Shown one piece after another: positions 34,917-46,259 of a stretch of DNA of 64,000 nt (position 1 is its first letter; the number at the start of each line of letters is the position of its first letter). Location: positions 62,001-126,000 of the forward strand of contig CDMY01000887.1 in assembly GCA_001179505.1 (NCBI GenBank). The letters run 5' to 3'. Position numbers and translations under genes: made by a program. Source of the stretch: Vitrella brassicaformis CCMP3155 (lineage: Eukaryota > Protista > Chromerida). Below the pieces are notes generated by a model. The model had not been told where the DNA came from. It was given only the letters and a program-made list of their open reading frames with translations, and did no database searches.

Positions 34917-36957
34917 CTATGCCGTTGTGGCCGCGGCCTCTGCACCCAAAGCACCCACACACACATACACGAGGGAGGGACAGTCAGACAGACACTACAC
35001 ATCCCTGCCCTGTGTGGGTGGTGTGTGTTGGGTACGGTACCTTCTTTCTTGGGCATCGCTGCCTCGAGGTTTGCATTGGCGAAATCCCAGTTGACGAGGT
35101 TCCAGAAAGCTGCACACACCGCCCCGCAACCAGAAAGGACACAGGGTGAGGCTGTGTCTGTTTGATTGTGCTGTGGGTAGTGTGTCACCCCCCACCCACC
35201 GTCAAGGAAGGCTGGCCGTGCGTTCCTGTAGTCGATGTAGTAGGCATGCTCCCACACAGAGACGCACAGAATGGGTGTGCCAAGGTTCTCCCTGCCAACC
35301 AACCAACACGACAAAGCATATATTATCTTGTTCGTTGCCCATCCCATCCCGCCCTGTCTGTCTGTCTCTCTCTCTCACTTGACGGGGTTTGACGCGTCGT
35401 GTGTGCCGACCACATCCAGCTTGCCGTCCTTCAGCACTACCCACGCCCAGCCGGAGCCGAAGTGGTCTGAGCAAGGAGGGAGGCAAGAACCAAACACAAG
35501 AACCAAACACACACACACACACACATCAGAAACCGCTGCCCTCCCTCCCTCCTTTCGGTGTGCCTGTCTTACTGGCGGCGACTTCGTTGAACTTGGTCTT
35601 GAGTGCGTCGAAGCCGCCGAAGTCCTCCTGGATCTTCTCGGCTATCGCGCCGCGGGGCAGGCCGCCACCGTTGTAGATCTGAGTGGGTGGACACACAGCG
35701 GCGTGGGTCTGCGCTGTGCTGTGCTGTGTGTGGTGTGGTGTGGTGTGGCTGTCTGTACCTTTGATGTGATGGATTTCCAGTAGAAGTTGTGGTTCCAGAC
35801 TTGGGCTGAAGGAAGGCACACATGATATATTGTGTGCGCGCGCCTCTGTGTGTGTATGTGTGTGTGTGTGTGTGTGTCTGTGGCGGACCAGCATTGTTGA
35901 AGACGGCACCGTCGGCAGTCTTGACCAGCTCTGCAGAGAGGAAGTATAACACAGGCAAAACGACAGATGAGGCGTGCCTTCTCCTTGTCATCAATCTGAC
36001 CCTCGAGGGATTTGCTGGCGATCGCTGGGGTCTCCTTGGCAAGTTCTGCACCACCGACAACACACCCACACACAATGAATGCACTATTCTCGTCGTTCGC
36101 TGCTTCACATCGCAAGCCCTGACTGACCGTTGAGCGTCCGCACGTAATTGGCGTGGTGTTTGGAGTACTGGTACTCGACGTTGTCCTTGCTAAGATATGG
36201 GGCGAGCGTGTCCACACCCTGTCCGTAGATGCAGCCACTCACTCATGCGTACGCCCATCGCCGAGCGGTTGTGTAAGCGTCTGTCTGTCTGACTGACTGT
36301 TTCTGCTTCTTACGAAGTCCAGCTGTGGGAGTGAGAACGGCTTTGCATCGATGAGGTCATCGACGCCCCACTCGGCATAGATCTCTTCGGTGCCCTTCCT
36401 CGCGATGCGCTTGCTCGCCACCTCCTGCAGCTCATCGTAGCTCAACGGAATGCCCTGAAACCCAGCCTGAACACACACACACACAAACAGAGATGCAATG
36501 CTCCCAGCGCTCCCCTCCCTGAACCGTGCCGGGTAGGTCTGCATCATCACATGTATCACCTGGTCGGCGTCCCATGGCGACCAGAGCAGGTAGACCTTCT
36601 CACCGGCCTTCTCCTTCTCCGCAGCGATCTTCTTGTTCTCCTCATCGATCGCCGGGGTGGACCAGGCGAACCCGCCTGCGCCCATCTGAGGGGTCAGACG
36701 TGACCGTGATGCGACAGAGGAGGTGGAAGAGGCCCTCAGCCGGGCGGGCGAGACGAAGGCATCCAGCCGAGCGCCAAGCGCTAAAGCAGATCAAATCAGA
36801 CACACAGACAAGCAGAGAGGTACACATGAGTGTGCGCGTGAATCATCAGCAGTGTGAGGCCTTACAGGCAGGCAGGCAGGAAGGCAATGTGTTATGTGTT
36901 TGTTCACTCACCGTTTGAGAGGAGCGCGAAAGCGCACACAGCGATGATGGACTTCAT
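34917..36957 (-). CDS. Plastid-targeted Fe-superoxide dismutase homolog lacking two metal ligands (multi-exon)
   Basis: Presequence [15 protein letters not shown]|[36 protein letters not shown] domain: PFSLPQLDF|[25 protein letters not shown]...FNNA|[10 protein letters not shown]...HFGSGWAW...THDASNP...[18 protein letters not shown]...[13 protein letters not shown]. Confidence 0.93.
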
Positions 36958-37127
36958 TGCCAAGCAACCACACTGCCGGGCCACCCACTAACCCCTCAAA
37001 GCCTCTGCTGCCTCTGCCTTGCAGATCTCCACGTCAGCTCCGTTTACACCTCATTGGTAAGCTCGCAGATTGGCTGCTCCGAGAGGCCCTGCTTCCTGCT
37101 TCCCTACCAGCTCTGTAAGGCTCCAGG
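36958..37127. promoter_or_regulatory. 170-bp divergent promoter region between the SOD homolog and LHC
   Basis: Lies between two opposed ATGs. Contains CCACGTCAG (37029-37037) and two ATTGG/CCAAT boxes (37053, 37069). Function is inferred. Confidence 0.5.
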
Positions 37128-38249
37128 ATGAAGGTGTTCGCCGCCGTCACCCTTGCCCTTCTTGCGGTGGTCGCCGCGGAAGACGCATCAGGTCACTCAG
37201 ATCAACGCTGAGGACGGGATGAAGAAGGAAGGAGGGCAATGCAGCAAGGCCAGATGCACAAAAGACGGCAACGAATTCAGTGCAAGAATGTTTTCTTTGT
37301 TTGGTGTCTGGTGTTGTGGTGTGCAGCCTTTGTTCCCAATGCTAGCCCTCTCCTGAAGAGTCCCAAGAGATCTCTCAGGGTGAGCGAGGCCGTCACACAT
37401 ACGCTTCATCACTTTCCCGTGCACGGCCGTCCGTGTGTCTGGCAATGTCCATGCAACATGCAGACAACCCCCTCGATGAAGCTGGGCACCAACGCGCAGG
37501 GCTTGATCGGCAGCGACCTGGAGTGGCCCGAGTTCGACCCTTTGGGTTTCACCAACAACATCTCCGACGAGACCCTCGAGTGGTACCGGGCAGCCGAACT
37601 CAAACACGGCCGGGTCTGCATGCTCGCCGCTCTCGGACAGCTCGTCCAGTCCTTCTGGCACCTGCCAGGTCAGCTCGGCGAGCGAAGGATCAGAAGGGTC
37701 GACTGCGATTGCTCTCATGTGTCCGTGCTGCGTTCATCAGATCCGTCAGGTGTGTTTGACTCGACTGACTCGTCGTTCGGAGCCTTCAACAAGGTGGTGT
37801 CGGAGCGCCCCTGGGCGGCCATCCAGATCCTGCTGGCCATCTTTGCCGTGGAGGTGCTGGGGGCCAAGACGCAGGCCAAGCCCGGCCAGGCACCGGGCGA
37901 CCTCGACTTCGACCCATTCAAAGTCAGATCGGACGACCCTGAGGTGAGTGAGTGGAGCCGAAGATGCACGACACACGCAGAACTTGGTGCACGTGCTGTA
38001 TTGTGTGTCGTGTGTGGTCGGACAGATCTGGGAGGCCACTCAGCTGCGTGAGCTGAAGAACGGCAGGCTGGCGATGATCGGCATCACCGCCATGCTCGTC
38101 CAGGAAGCGGTGAGTCGATGGGCAGACGGACGATTGGATGGATTGCACACGACACACACACACACACTGGCTGGGCCGTTTGCTTTTGTCTCTATCAGAT
38201 CAGCGGCAAGGGCGTGATTGCGCAGTGGCAGGGCTTGGGGCAGTCGTGA
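37128..38249 (+). CDS. Light-harvesting chlorophyll-carotenoid antenna protein (LHC family, multi-exon)
   Basis: Bipartite leader [21 protein letters not shown]|[38 protein letters not shown] and [12 protein letters not shown] are present, ending [16 protein letters not shown]. Confidence 0.97.
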
Positions 38250-38525
38250 GCCTGACTGTCCTTATTGCATGGATCCGAGGTGTGTTTTTGGTTGCAACAA
38301 TCAATGGCCGACGGGACGGACGGATGCGCAATTTTTACGCGTCAGCAAGACAGATAGATGATCACAGAGCTGTCTGTTCTGTAGTGAGAGATCGGATAAT
38401 GACGATGTGAATAAGCGTGACTGACGTGTAATTGAAAACTCTGGCAGTGAAGATCAGGCCGTCCTCCGTGTGACAGAGGCGATCGGAATCTCGCTGCTCG
38501 CTAAGCTTGCATTCATCTCGAGAAA

Positions 38526-39698
38526 ATGCCTCCAAAAGAAGCGAATAAGGCGGCCAAGGATGCCCCCGCTGCTGCTTCCCTTGCCCCACCAGCAGAGAAT
38601 GCCGCCGCCCCTCCACCAGCAGACCCGGCCTTCCCCCTACATCTCACACACCTCACCCACCAACACACAGACGCCCTCCAGCAGGCCATGCAACTACTCG
38701 GCGACCACTCCAACATCTCACCCGCTGCAGCCAAACTCATCGCTACGACGTTTCGCGGTTACCTGGACACAGCTTTCCGTTCTCTCGGCTCGTTGGCCGA
38801 CCTGTCAAGTGGGGCTTCGGCATCGTCGCTGGCAAGAGGGATTTGCGAGGGTGTGTGGCTGACGGAGGTGCGTCATGGCATCGAGACGGAGGTCATGGGC
38901 CGCGTTATGCGGCTGAGGGACAGGGTAAGGTGGGAGACTATGCCAGCCCTCGGTAAGAAGCTGGAGAGCCTCTCGGCGGCTGCAGAAGCGCCCTCGTCTC
39001 CCCCTGCAGCAAAGAAGGGCCAGGCTGCCCAGCCGCCGGTGCCTGAAGTGAGTGCGGAAGACAGAGAGAAGGAGAAGCGGCGGGTTGTCGAGTGCCAGGT
39101 TGCGCTGCTCCTTGCCGTGGCTGACGTATATTGCGCAATGGTGAGACACAGCCTTGCTGGGGCTGCCAGCGCTGAGCAGCTGGCAATGACGAGCCCGCTG
39201 CATTGGGGGAGGGAGGCTTACGCTGCCATCACTCATGCGGAGCACCTCCTGTCGACACAGCTGCCGCAGAAGGTCTGCCCGTCTTATCACCCTCTCCTCT
39301 TCCGCGCCGCTCTGGGAATGAAGACCCTCGACGACACGCTCATCGACAGCTATCAGATGGAGAGCTATTCTATGGACCCTTTCCATCAATTCGTATCTTC
39401 TGCCGTCGACAGCATTCTGATTGATTTCGCCGAAGAGCCCGAGGACGACATAGAAGACGAAGTAGAGGAGGAGGAGGAAGGGGAAAGCCCACCCTCTCCC
39501 CCAGCAATCCCACACGAAGAAGGGACGGAGACAGAGACGCACGAGGAGGGTGGGCTGGTGGGGCGGCTGGACGAGGCCGTGAGGCTGATGGGAGCAAGTG
39601 AGCAAACGGGAGACATGATTGAGGAGGTGCTTGAGGTGCTGGGTGAGTGCAGGGGACTCCTACTTCAGAAGTGTCCTGCCTTGGATGCATGTGCGTGA
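38526..39698 (+). CDS. Hypothetical helical protein (~390 aa, true 3' end may be spliced)
   Basis: Long open frame with GC-rich codon usage, MPPKE start and an acidic tract. A possible donor GTGAGT lies near 39643. Confidence 0.7.
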   Translation: MPPKEANKAAKDAPAAASLAPPAENAAAPPPADPAFPLHLTHLTHQHTDALQQAMQLLGDHSNISPAAAKLIATTFRGYLDTAFRSLGSLADLSSGASASSLARGICEGVWLTEVRHGIETEVMGRVMRLRDRVRWETMPALGKKLESLSAAAEAPSSPPAAKKGQAAQPPVPEVSAEDREKEKRRVVECQVALLLAVADVYCAMVRHSLAGAASAEQLAMTSPLHWGREAYAAITHAEHLLSTQLPQKVCPSYHPLLFRAALGMKTLDDTLIDSYQMESYSMDPFHQFVSSAVDSILIDFAEEPEDDIEDEVEEEEEGESPPSPPAIPHEEGTETETHEEGGLVGRLDEAVRLMGASEQTGDMIEEVLEVLGECRGLLLQKCPALDACA

Positions 39699-39982
39699 CC
39701 CCACCCATGCATTCAATATGCTTATTGATCCCTTGTGAGTACTCATTTTCAGACATAGTCCCGCATTCACTCACACTCACTCACACTCACTCACTCTGCC
39801 CTCTGTCGGTGCCAGCAAAAAGAAGGTTGAAAGAAGAGAAATGTCCATTCACTTAACAGCCTTTCCATCTGCTGTTTGACACGGTTCACTCAGATATAAA
39901 ATGTAGGCAGCCATTCTACAGACCAAAGCAAAGCCCACGCATTGTGTGTCTGCCTCTTTGCTGTCTCTCCTCTCTCCATCTG

Positions 39983-42861
39983 TCACCTATATCGAGTTAC
40001 TTGATAGTTTGTCGCGGATGTGAGGTGACTATCGATCCGTCTCTGCCTGCCTGCATCTGTCCATTTATCTGCAGAGCCGTTCCCATATCGACTCTGGTGT
40101 CCTGTTGGCCACCAGCTTCCCAGTACCGGGCGAGAGAGACGGCACAAATATGCAGCCCTCAAGCTCTCTGCCCACCGCATCATCTCCTTTTTCCTGCTTG
40201 TCTGCCGTCGCTCGGCGTCTGCATAAAGTCGGTCGATTGCGGACGCATCTCGGTGATCTGCGGGCTGAATGTGCATCTCGCGAGGTCTGCTGAGCTGCCG
40301 AAGCCGGAGGACGCCAGCACAATGTGGCTTCTTGCTCATCACTGCCGGCTGTGCAGTATCGCAATGATCTCGCCTCTGCAGCTGTTTCTTGTTCGACAGC
40401 AGTTTCTTTTCAACCTGATAATCAACCGTCCACTCAATCAATACACACCCATACATCAGATTTGTGTCTGTCTGTCTGTCTGTCTGCTTCTACGTACCTC
40501 GTCTCTTCTGCACGCAAAAGTCTTGGAACAAACACTTGCGAGGCGCGAGGGCATGGAATGAGGAATCGTGAGAGCTTCTCCTTCCAGAATCCGCCGTGTG
40601 TATATTCAACACAATGCCCGTGTGGAGGAGAGCCGTAGTCAGGCATGTCTCCACAGAGAGTAGTGGAGAAGGACGGCCGTCTCTTCTCGTCCCTGGAATG
40701 AGCCACAAGGGGCGGCCTGGTCATAAATTTTTGTCACGTCACCGAAGACGACCTGAACGATGTGAAGGACAGCAGACGAAATATGTGGAGAATACCGATG
40801 GACATAGATGCTTGTTTGGCTTTTTGTGCTGTACATGCAGACCTCGAGGTCCATGACGATCGTGTCGTGGTCTCTCTTGACGGGTGCGAATGCCTGGGCG
40901 TCAGGAAAAATGACCCGATTGCCGTCAGCCTGAGCAGAAAGGAGGGAGGGACGGAGGGAGGGAACACACACACACACACACACACACAAACAAAGGGATG
41001 CAACGAGTGAGTGCATGTGTGTTTGACAGGTGGTGCGTCAGCCTGAGCAGAAAGGAGGGAGGGACGGAGGGAGGGTGACCGGCTTCGAATTTTTTTTTTA
41101 ACAAAGGGATGCAACGAGTGAGTGCATGTGTGTTTGACAGGTGGTGCACGCTTACATTCTCAACCCTCGCGACCAATTCGCTGGCGATCATGAGTTCGTG
41201 TGGCTGCCGGCGCTCCTTGATGCTGTCACAGTCGGCCCAAAGCCGGTCAGCCTGGGGCTTGATGGCCACAAAGTGGTCCATCGCCTGCTGACNNNNNNNN
41301 NNNNNNNNNNNNNNNNNNNNNNNNNNNNNNNNNNNNNNNNNNNNNNNNNNNNNNNNNNNNNNNNNNNNNNNNNNNNNNNNNNNNNNNNNNNNNNNNNNNN
41401 NNNNNNNNNNNNNNNNNNNNNNNNNNNNNNNNNNNNNNNNNNNNNNNNNNNNNNNNNNNNNNNNNNNNNNNNNNNNNNNNNNNNNNNNNNNNNNNNNNNN
41501 NNNNNNNNNNNNNNNNNNNNNNNNNNNNNNNNNNNNNNNNNNNNNNNNNNNNNNNNNNNNNNNNNNNNNNNNNNNNNNNNNNNNNNNNNNNNGCTGACCG
41601 GCTTCGAACACCGCCCTCTCCCGCAGCAACATGGCCACCACCGCCCCCCGCTCCCGCTCCCAGTGTGCCGTTAGAAGTTCGATCTTCTCGGCCACCGACT
41701 TCCCCTTAATCTACACGCACAGACCATGGCACATACACAGAGAAACAGACAAGAAGATAACGTCACTGGTCGCACTCCTTCCCCTCGTGTGTCTGCTTAC
41801 TTACCCCTCCCAACTCGGTGCACGGCTTCTTCAGCTTCTCAAAGTGCTGCGTGCGCGATGTCGGCCATGTCGAGCCACTCGTAGTCCTCAGTGGCCTTCC
41901 GCTTGGCCCTCTCGACCCTCTCGAAGCCATCGCCCTCAACTCGACGACCTGGTACCCCATGGCGATGTTTGTGGCGTGTTTGCCACAGTCCGCCTTGTAC
42001 CATGGGACGGCCGCCCCTGGCTGCGGGGGCTGATGGCCGGAATACGTCGAGCCGAGGGACACCACATGCCCACGTACACGCATATGTCCATTGCATGTAT
42101 GTTGTGTTGTGTGAGCACCAACCCGTCTGCTCGACCAGAAGTCATGCGAAAGAGGTGTTTGGGCAGCGTGAGGCTCCCCATGGCCATGTTGGTGGCCTTG
42201 AAGCCGCACGACAGGTCGTAGCAGCCACCCTTCTTGCGCTGCTCCTGGGACCAGAACCGCACCTCCCGCTCGCCGACGGTGAGGACGATGTGGTCGCCCT
42301 CCCGCCGGTGGTCGCGGACGTTGGGGTTGGCCTCGCACACGGCGTCGATGGCCTTCAACGTGTTGATCTCGCCTGCATGCAATGCAATCGAACACACACA
42401 AAGTGAAACTCATCTCAGTCACGTGTGCATCCTTTCGTGTGTGGGTGTGGGTGTGTGTTTGTGTACCTGTGGTGAGTACGGCTGGGGCGTACACACGAGC
42501 GTTGGGCGGCCCAGAGGTCCGGCTGGGGACTGCCCATACCCTCTTCCTCCCCCCTCCCGCCCAGACCCTCAGAGGCCGTCCCCTCTCCGCCCTCTCCCAT
42601 GGCTGGGCTGACTGCAGACACACAGAAATCCACACACAGGTCACGCATGCGCCTCTCTTCATTGGTGGAGAGATGCAGAGCACAGCGTCCATCCCATCCC
42701 GCTCCCTCCTGCTGACTTCACTTACGTGTTGGCACCTTGACGGGCGTCCGACGTACCGCGGCGTTGTCGGGAGTGCGGAACATCTCCTCAGGCCATCCGT
42801 CGCCGATTCGCCCGGACACTGCAGCCGGGCGCTGCGGTGTGCCGACAGCCCCGCCCTCCAT
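39983..42861 (-). CDS. Hypothetical multi-exon protein (spans a probably spurious gap)
   Basis: Exon-like frames bounded by GT/AG: GEINTLKAIDAVCEANPNV...GCYDLSCGF, WYKADCGKHATNIAMGY, AEKIELLTAHWERE...FEAGQ/QAMDHF. Both ends are uncertain and I recognise no domain. Confidence 0.55.
40924..41147. repeat. ~112-bp imperfect tandem duplication with a swapped middle
   Basis: Block A (gtcagcctgagcagaaaggagggagggacggagg) at ~40924 and 41037. Block B (acaaagggatgcaacgagtgagtgcatgtgtgtttgacaggtggtgc) at ~40990 and 41101. Confidence 0.85.
41293..41592. other. Assembly gap (300 N), probably a 6-bp overlap rather than missing sequence
   Basis: The left flank ends gctgac and the right flank begins gctgac. 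Confidence 0.9.
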
Positions 42862-43024
42862 GAGGCTCTCCGAAGGTGACTCGAGTTACACGCTCTGCAA
42901 TATCTATGGTGCAATGGGAAAGCCGCTGCTGTGGTCTGTGTGTTGACTCCTGTCGATTGGCCTCATTTTGAAATATCCCTTCTAAAAAAATATTCTGAGG
43001 CGCACGATGCGTCTCCTGACGAGA

Positions 43025-43527
43025 ACGTCGAGAATTGAGATTCTCTTGACAAATTGGGAAATTGGTTGCATGTGAGTGTACGGTTATCGACTAGCCGATT
43101 GCCTGCAGAAGGTTCATTTATCTGTCTGTCAACTTATCAGTTCTCCCACACACACGCACACAGACACGCACACACACACGCGCACACAGCCAGGCCATTC
43201 AGCCATCATCATCCCATCCGTGCGTCCGCCCGCTAAGTACTTACAGGCAGGCAGGCAGGCAATAGGCAGATACTCCTCCTTTCTTGCTTCCTTGATATCT
43301 TCCCTTCCTTCTATCGATGTGTGTGTGGTCGGGTGCTCTTGTGCTCACTCACTCAGGTTAGAGATGGCATAGCCAGGATGGTCTGCATGCTTCACGGACG
43401 ACGGCAAAGGAAGGGCACTCACACCCACTCGCATCCATCCATTCATCCATCCATCCATCCATTCACTCACTAAGGAGAGAGAGAGAGAGACAGACAGCCC
43501 GGGTGAGTGACATTACACTTACGATAG

Positions 43528-43560
<33 letters not shown>

Positions 43561-43983
43561 AGGCAGGCAGACAGACGGGCAGAACCATCCCTCCCCTTGC
43601 CCTCCCTCCCTCCCCCAACCACACACACACACTTGCTGGACGAGTCGACGGATGGATTCATTCGTTCACTCACTCATTCGCTGCTCACACTGCTGGTTCT
43701 CTCCCTCAGAAATGCATTCAATTCACACCATCGGCCACCCGCATGTGATGCGTGTGAGAAGAGATGCGGCTGCACAAGAAGCTAACTAACCACACATACT
43801 CTCCGTCTGTCTGTGTGTGTGTGTGTGTTGGTCTGTCTTGGTCGGCGTGGGGTGTCTGTCTGCACATTACATTCCGCCCGGCAGGCAGGCAGGCAGGCAG
43901 GCAGGTAGGCAGCGGTGTGCGGGCGTTAAAACCATCCATCTCCATCCATCGATTCAGACATACCCACCCTCACAGCACACCAC
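43025..43983. repeat. Left arm of ~960-bp inverted repeat
   Basis: acgtcgagaattgagattctcttgacaaattgggaaattgg...ccctcacagcacacca is the reverse complement, with substitutions and microsatellite length changes, of 49920-50878. Confidence 0.93.
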
Positions 43984-44221
43984 ACCACAGCACACCCACT
44001 GCCATGCGGCAAAGACCACACGACAGACACACAGCCAGCCACTCGCACAAACAAAGCACAACAAACCTGACAGACACACACACACACACACACCGCACAG
44101 AAAGAAAGACAACCTATTTGTGTGGGTGTAGGCTTGTTTCGTTGGTGCATTGAGTGTGGCTGACTGGGTGGCTTACGTGGATGGGTTTACCATGTGATGT
44201 GTTGTGTATGTGTGATGGTGT

Positions 44222-46259
44222 CTATTCAGCGGGGGACTCGCCCAGGGCCATGGCGGCCTCCTTCAACTCCTGAACGAACACGACCCACACACACGGAATG
44301 CACTTATCCATCCATCAGTATTGACAATCATCGCCAACCTCGCACCTCTGCCGATTTCTTGGCCTGTTCGGCGGTCTGCTTGATCACCTCGGGCAGCTTC
44401 GTGAGGGACTTGGAGTTCGTGCCCGTGTGCTTCGCCTGCACACCCAAACCCACAGATACACACACACACATACACATACACATACAGGTGCATTTACAGG
44501 AGTGCCCATCCCTCCCTCCAACTCCCTCCCTCCCTTCCCCCCCTCCCCTCCCTCCCTCTCTGTGTGTGTGCGGCGTACGGCGGCCATCATATCGCCGGGT
44601 GCGAGTCCTGCGTTCTTGGCCGCGTCGATGACCTTGCTCGGGAACTCCTTGGCGGCCTCAGCCAACTCCTGCACCTGAGTAACCAACCTGATGGATGGAA
44701 GCATGACAGCAACACACACACACTCCCATGGAGAGGGGTGGGCAGCTCTGATGGGTTGGTGAGTGTTGGCCGGGTGGTGGTGGTGGTGTGGGTGTGGGTG
44801 TGGGTGTGGGTGTGTTGAGTGCGTCCGTACGCCGGGCACTCTTTGATGACATTGGCGCAGCAGTTGGCGAACGTCTTGATGGCCTCGATGGCATTGGCTA
44901 TCGGACCTGCACACACAGACACACAGACACATGGATGGATGGATGAATGGACGTGTGTGTGGAGTGTCCTGGCTCCCCTGGCTTACCGTCGGCCTCGGGT
45001 GCGTCGATGTCCAGGGTCATGTCTGGGTTGGCTTTGACATTGAACTTGACATTCTTCGCCTCCTCTACACACACGCGCACACACACACGTGCACCCACCT
45101 CATCTCACCCCGCCCCCCCCCCCCCCCCNNNNNNNNNNNNNNNNNNNNNNNNNNNNNNNNNNNNNNNNNNNNNNNNNNNNNNNNNNNNNNNNNNNNNNNN
45201 NNNNNNNNNNNNNNNNNNNNNNNNNNNNNNNNNNNNNNNNNNNNNNNNNNNNNNNNNNNNNNNNNNNNNNNNNNNNNNNNNNNNNNNNNNNNNNNNNNNN
45301 NNNNNNNNNNNNNNNNNNNNNNNNNNNNNNNNNNNNNNNNNNNNNNNNNNNNNNNNNNNNNNNNNNNNNNNNNNNNNNNNNNNNNNNNNNNNNNNNNNNN
45401 NNNNNNNNNNNNNNNNNNNNNNNNNNNNCCACCCCGCCCCGCCCTACGGACCTTTGAGGTTTTTGATGGCGTCTTTGATGGTCTTGCACTCCTTGCCGCC
45501 GAACTCACAGGCCTCCTTGAGGGCCTCCGACCCCTCGTCCAGGTTGCTCCGCAGCGATATGCAGGTGTTCATCGGATCGGACGCCTTGCCAAACAACTCG
45601 TCAAACTCTGCTCAATAACACAACACATCACATCACATCACAACACATCACAGAACAAAACAGCCAGAGAGAGAGAGGGACAGGGGGGGAGGGAGAGAAA
45701 GGATCCCATCACCACACGAACATTGATGGACTAATGGATGGATGGATGGCGTGGTGTGGTGTGCTGTGGTTGTGTGTGCCTACCGGGTATCTTGGTGACC
45801 TTCATGTCGAGTTCGGCCACATCGTCGGGCAGTACCTTGTCCACCAGCTTCACGCCGTCCTCGCCCCAGCCCTCGCGACGAACCACTTTCTGCACACACA
45901 AACCAAACGACACCAGCCCCCCCCCCACACAACAACAACAACAACAACAACAACACACCAAGCCACACCACACACCCATTCCACCACGCCGGATCCATCC
46001 GCCCACACCCTTCCATCCATCCCAACCCATCCTTATTTCCCACCAGTGCCCATTTGCGGAGCTCCATGCGCTCCCTCTTCATGGTCCAGTCGGCGTCATC
46101 GTCCTTGGCCTTGTATTTGCCGGTGAGTTCGTCGACCTCCTTGGCGGCCTTGTCCTTGTCCACCTTGCCGTCGGCGTCCTCGGCGCGCCGGTCGCACAGG
46201 CACGCCACCACCTCCTTGTAGTTGGCCAGCTTCGGCACCTTGCTGCCGCCGCAACCCAT
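44222..46259 (-). CDS. Hypothetical helical protein with N-terminal myristoylation/palmitoylation motif (multi-exon, spans a gap)
   Basis: Starts MGCGGSKVPKL. Eight or more GT-AG exons read in frame (EFDELFGKASDP; GPIANAIEAIKTFANCC; ...ELKEAAMALGESPAE*). Confidence 0.8.
45129..45428. other. Assembly gap (300 N)
   Basis: N run flanked by poly-C and CCCCG. Confidence 1.

Noticed and set aside
8354-36957. Hypoxia/sulfide/ROS gene cluster (ETHE1 fusion, opine dehydrogenase, Nudix, SOD)
   Set aside because: The genes are spread over 28 kb among unrelated genes, there is no shared unique motif, and two members look catalytically impaired.
43700-43790. CDACEKRCGC zinc-finger-like peptide in the repeat arms
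   Set aside because: It is a short frame without a credible start or splice context, and its presence in both arms is explained by DNA identity.
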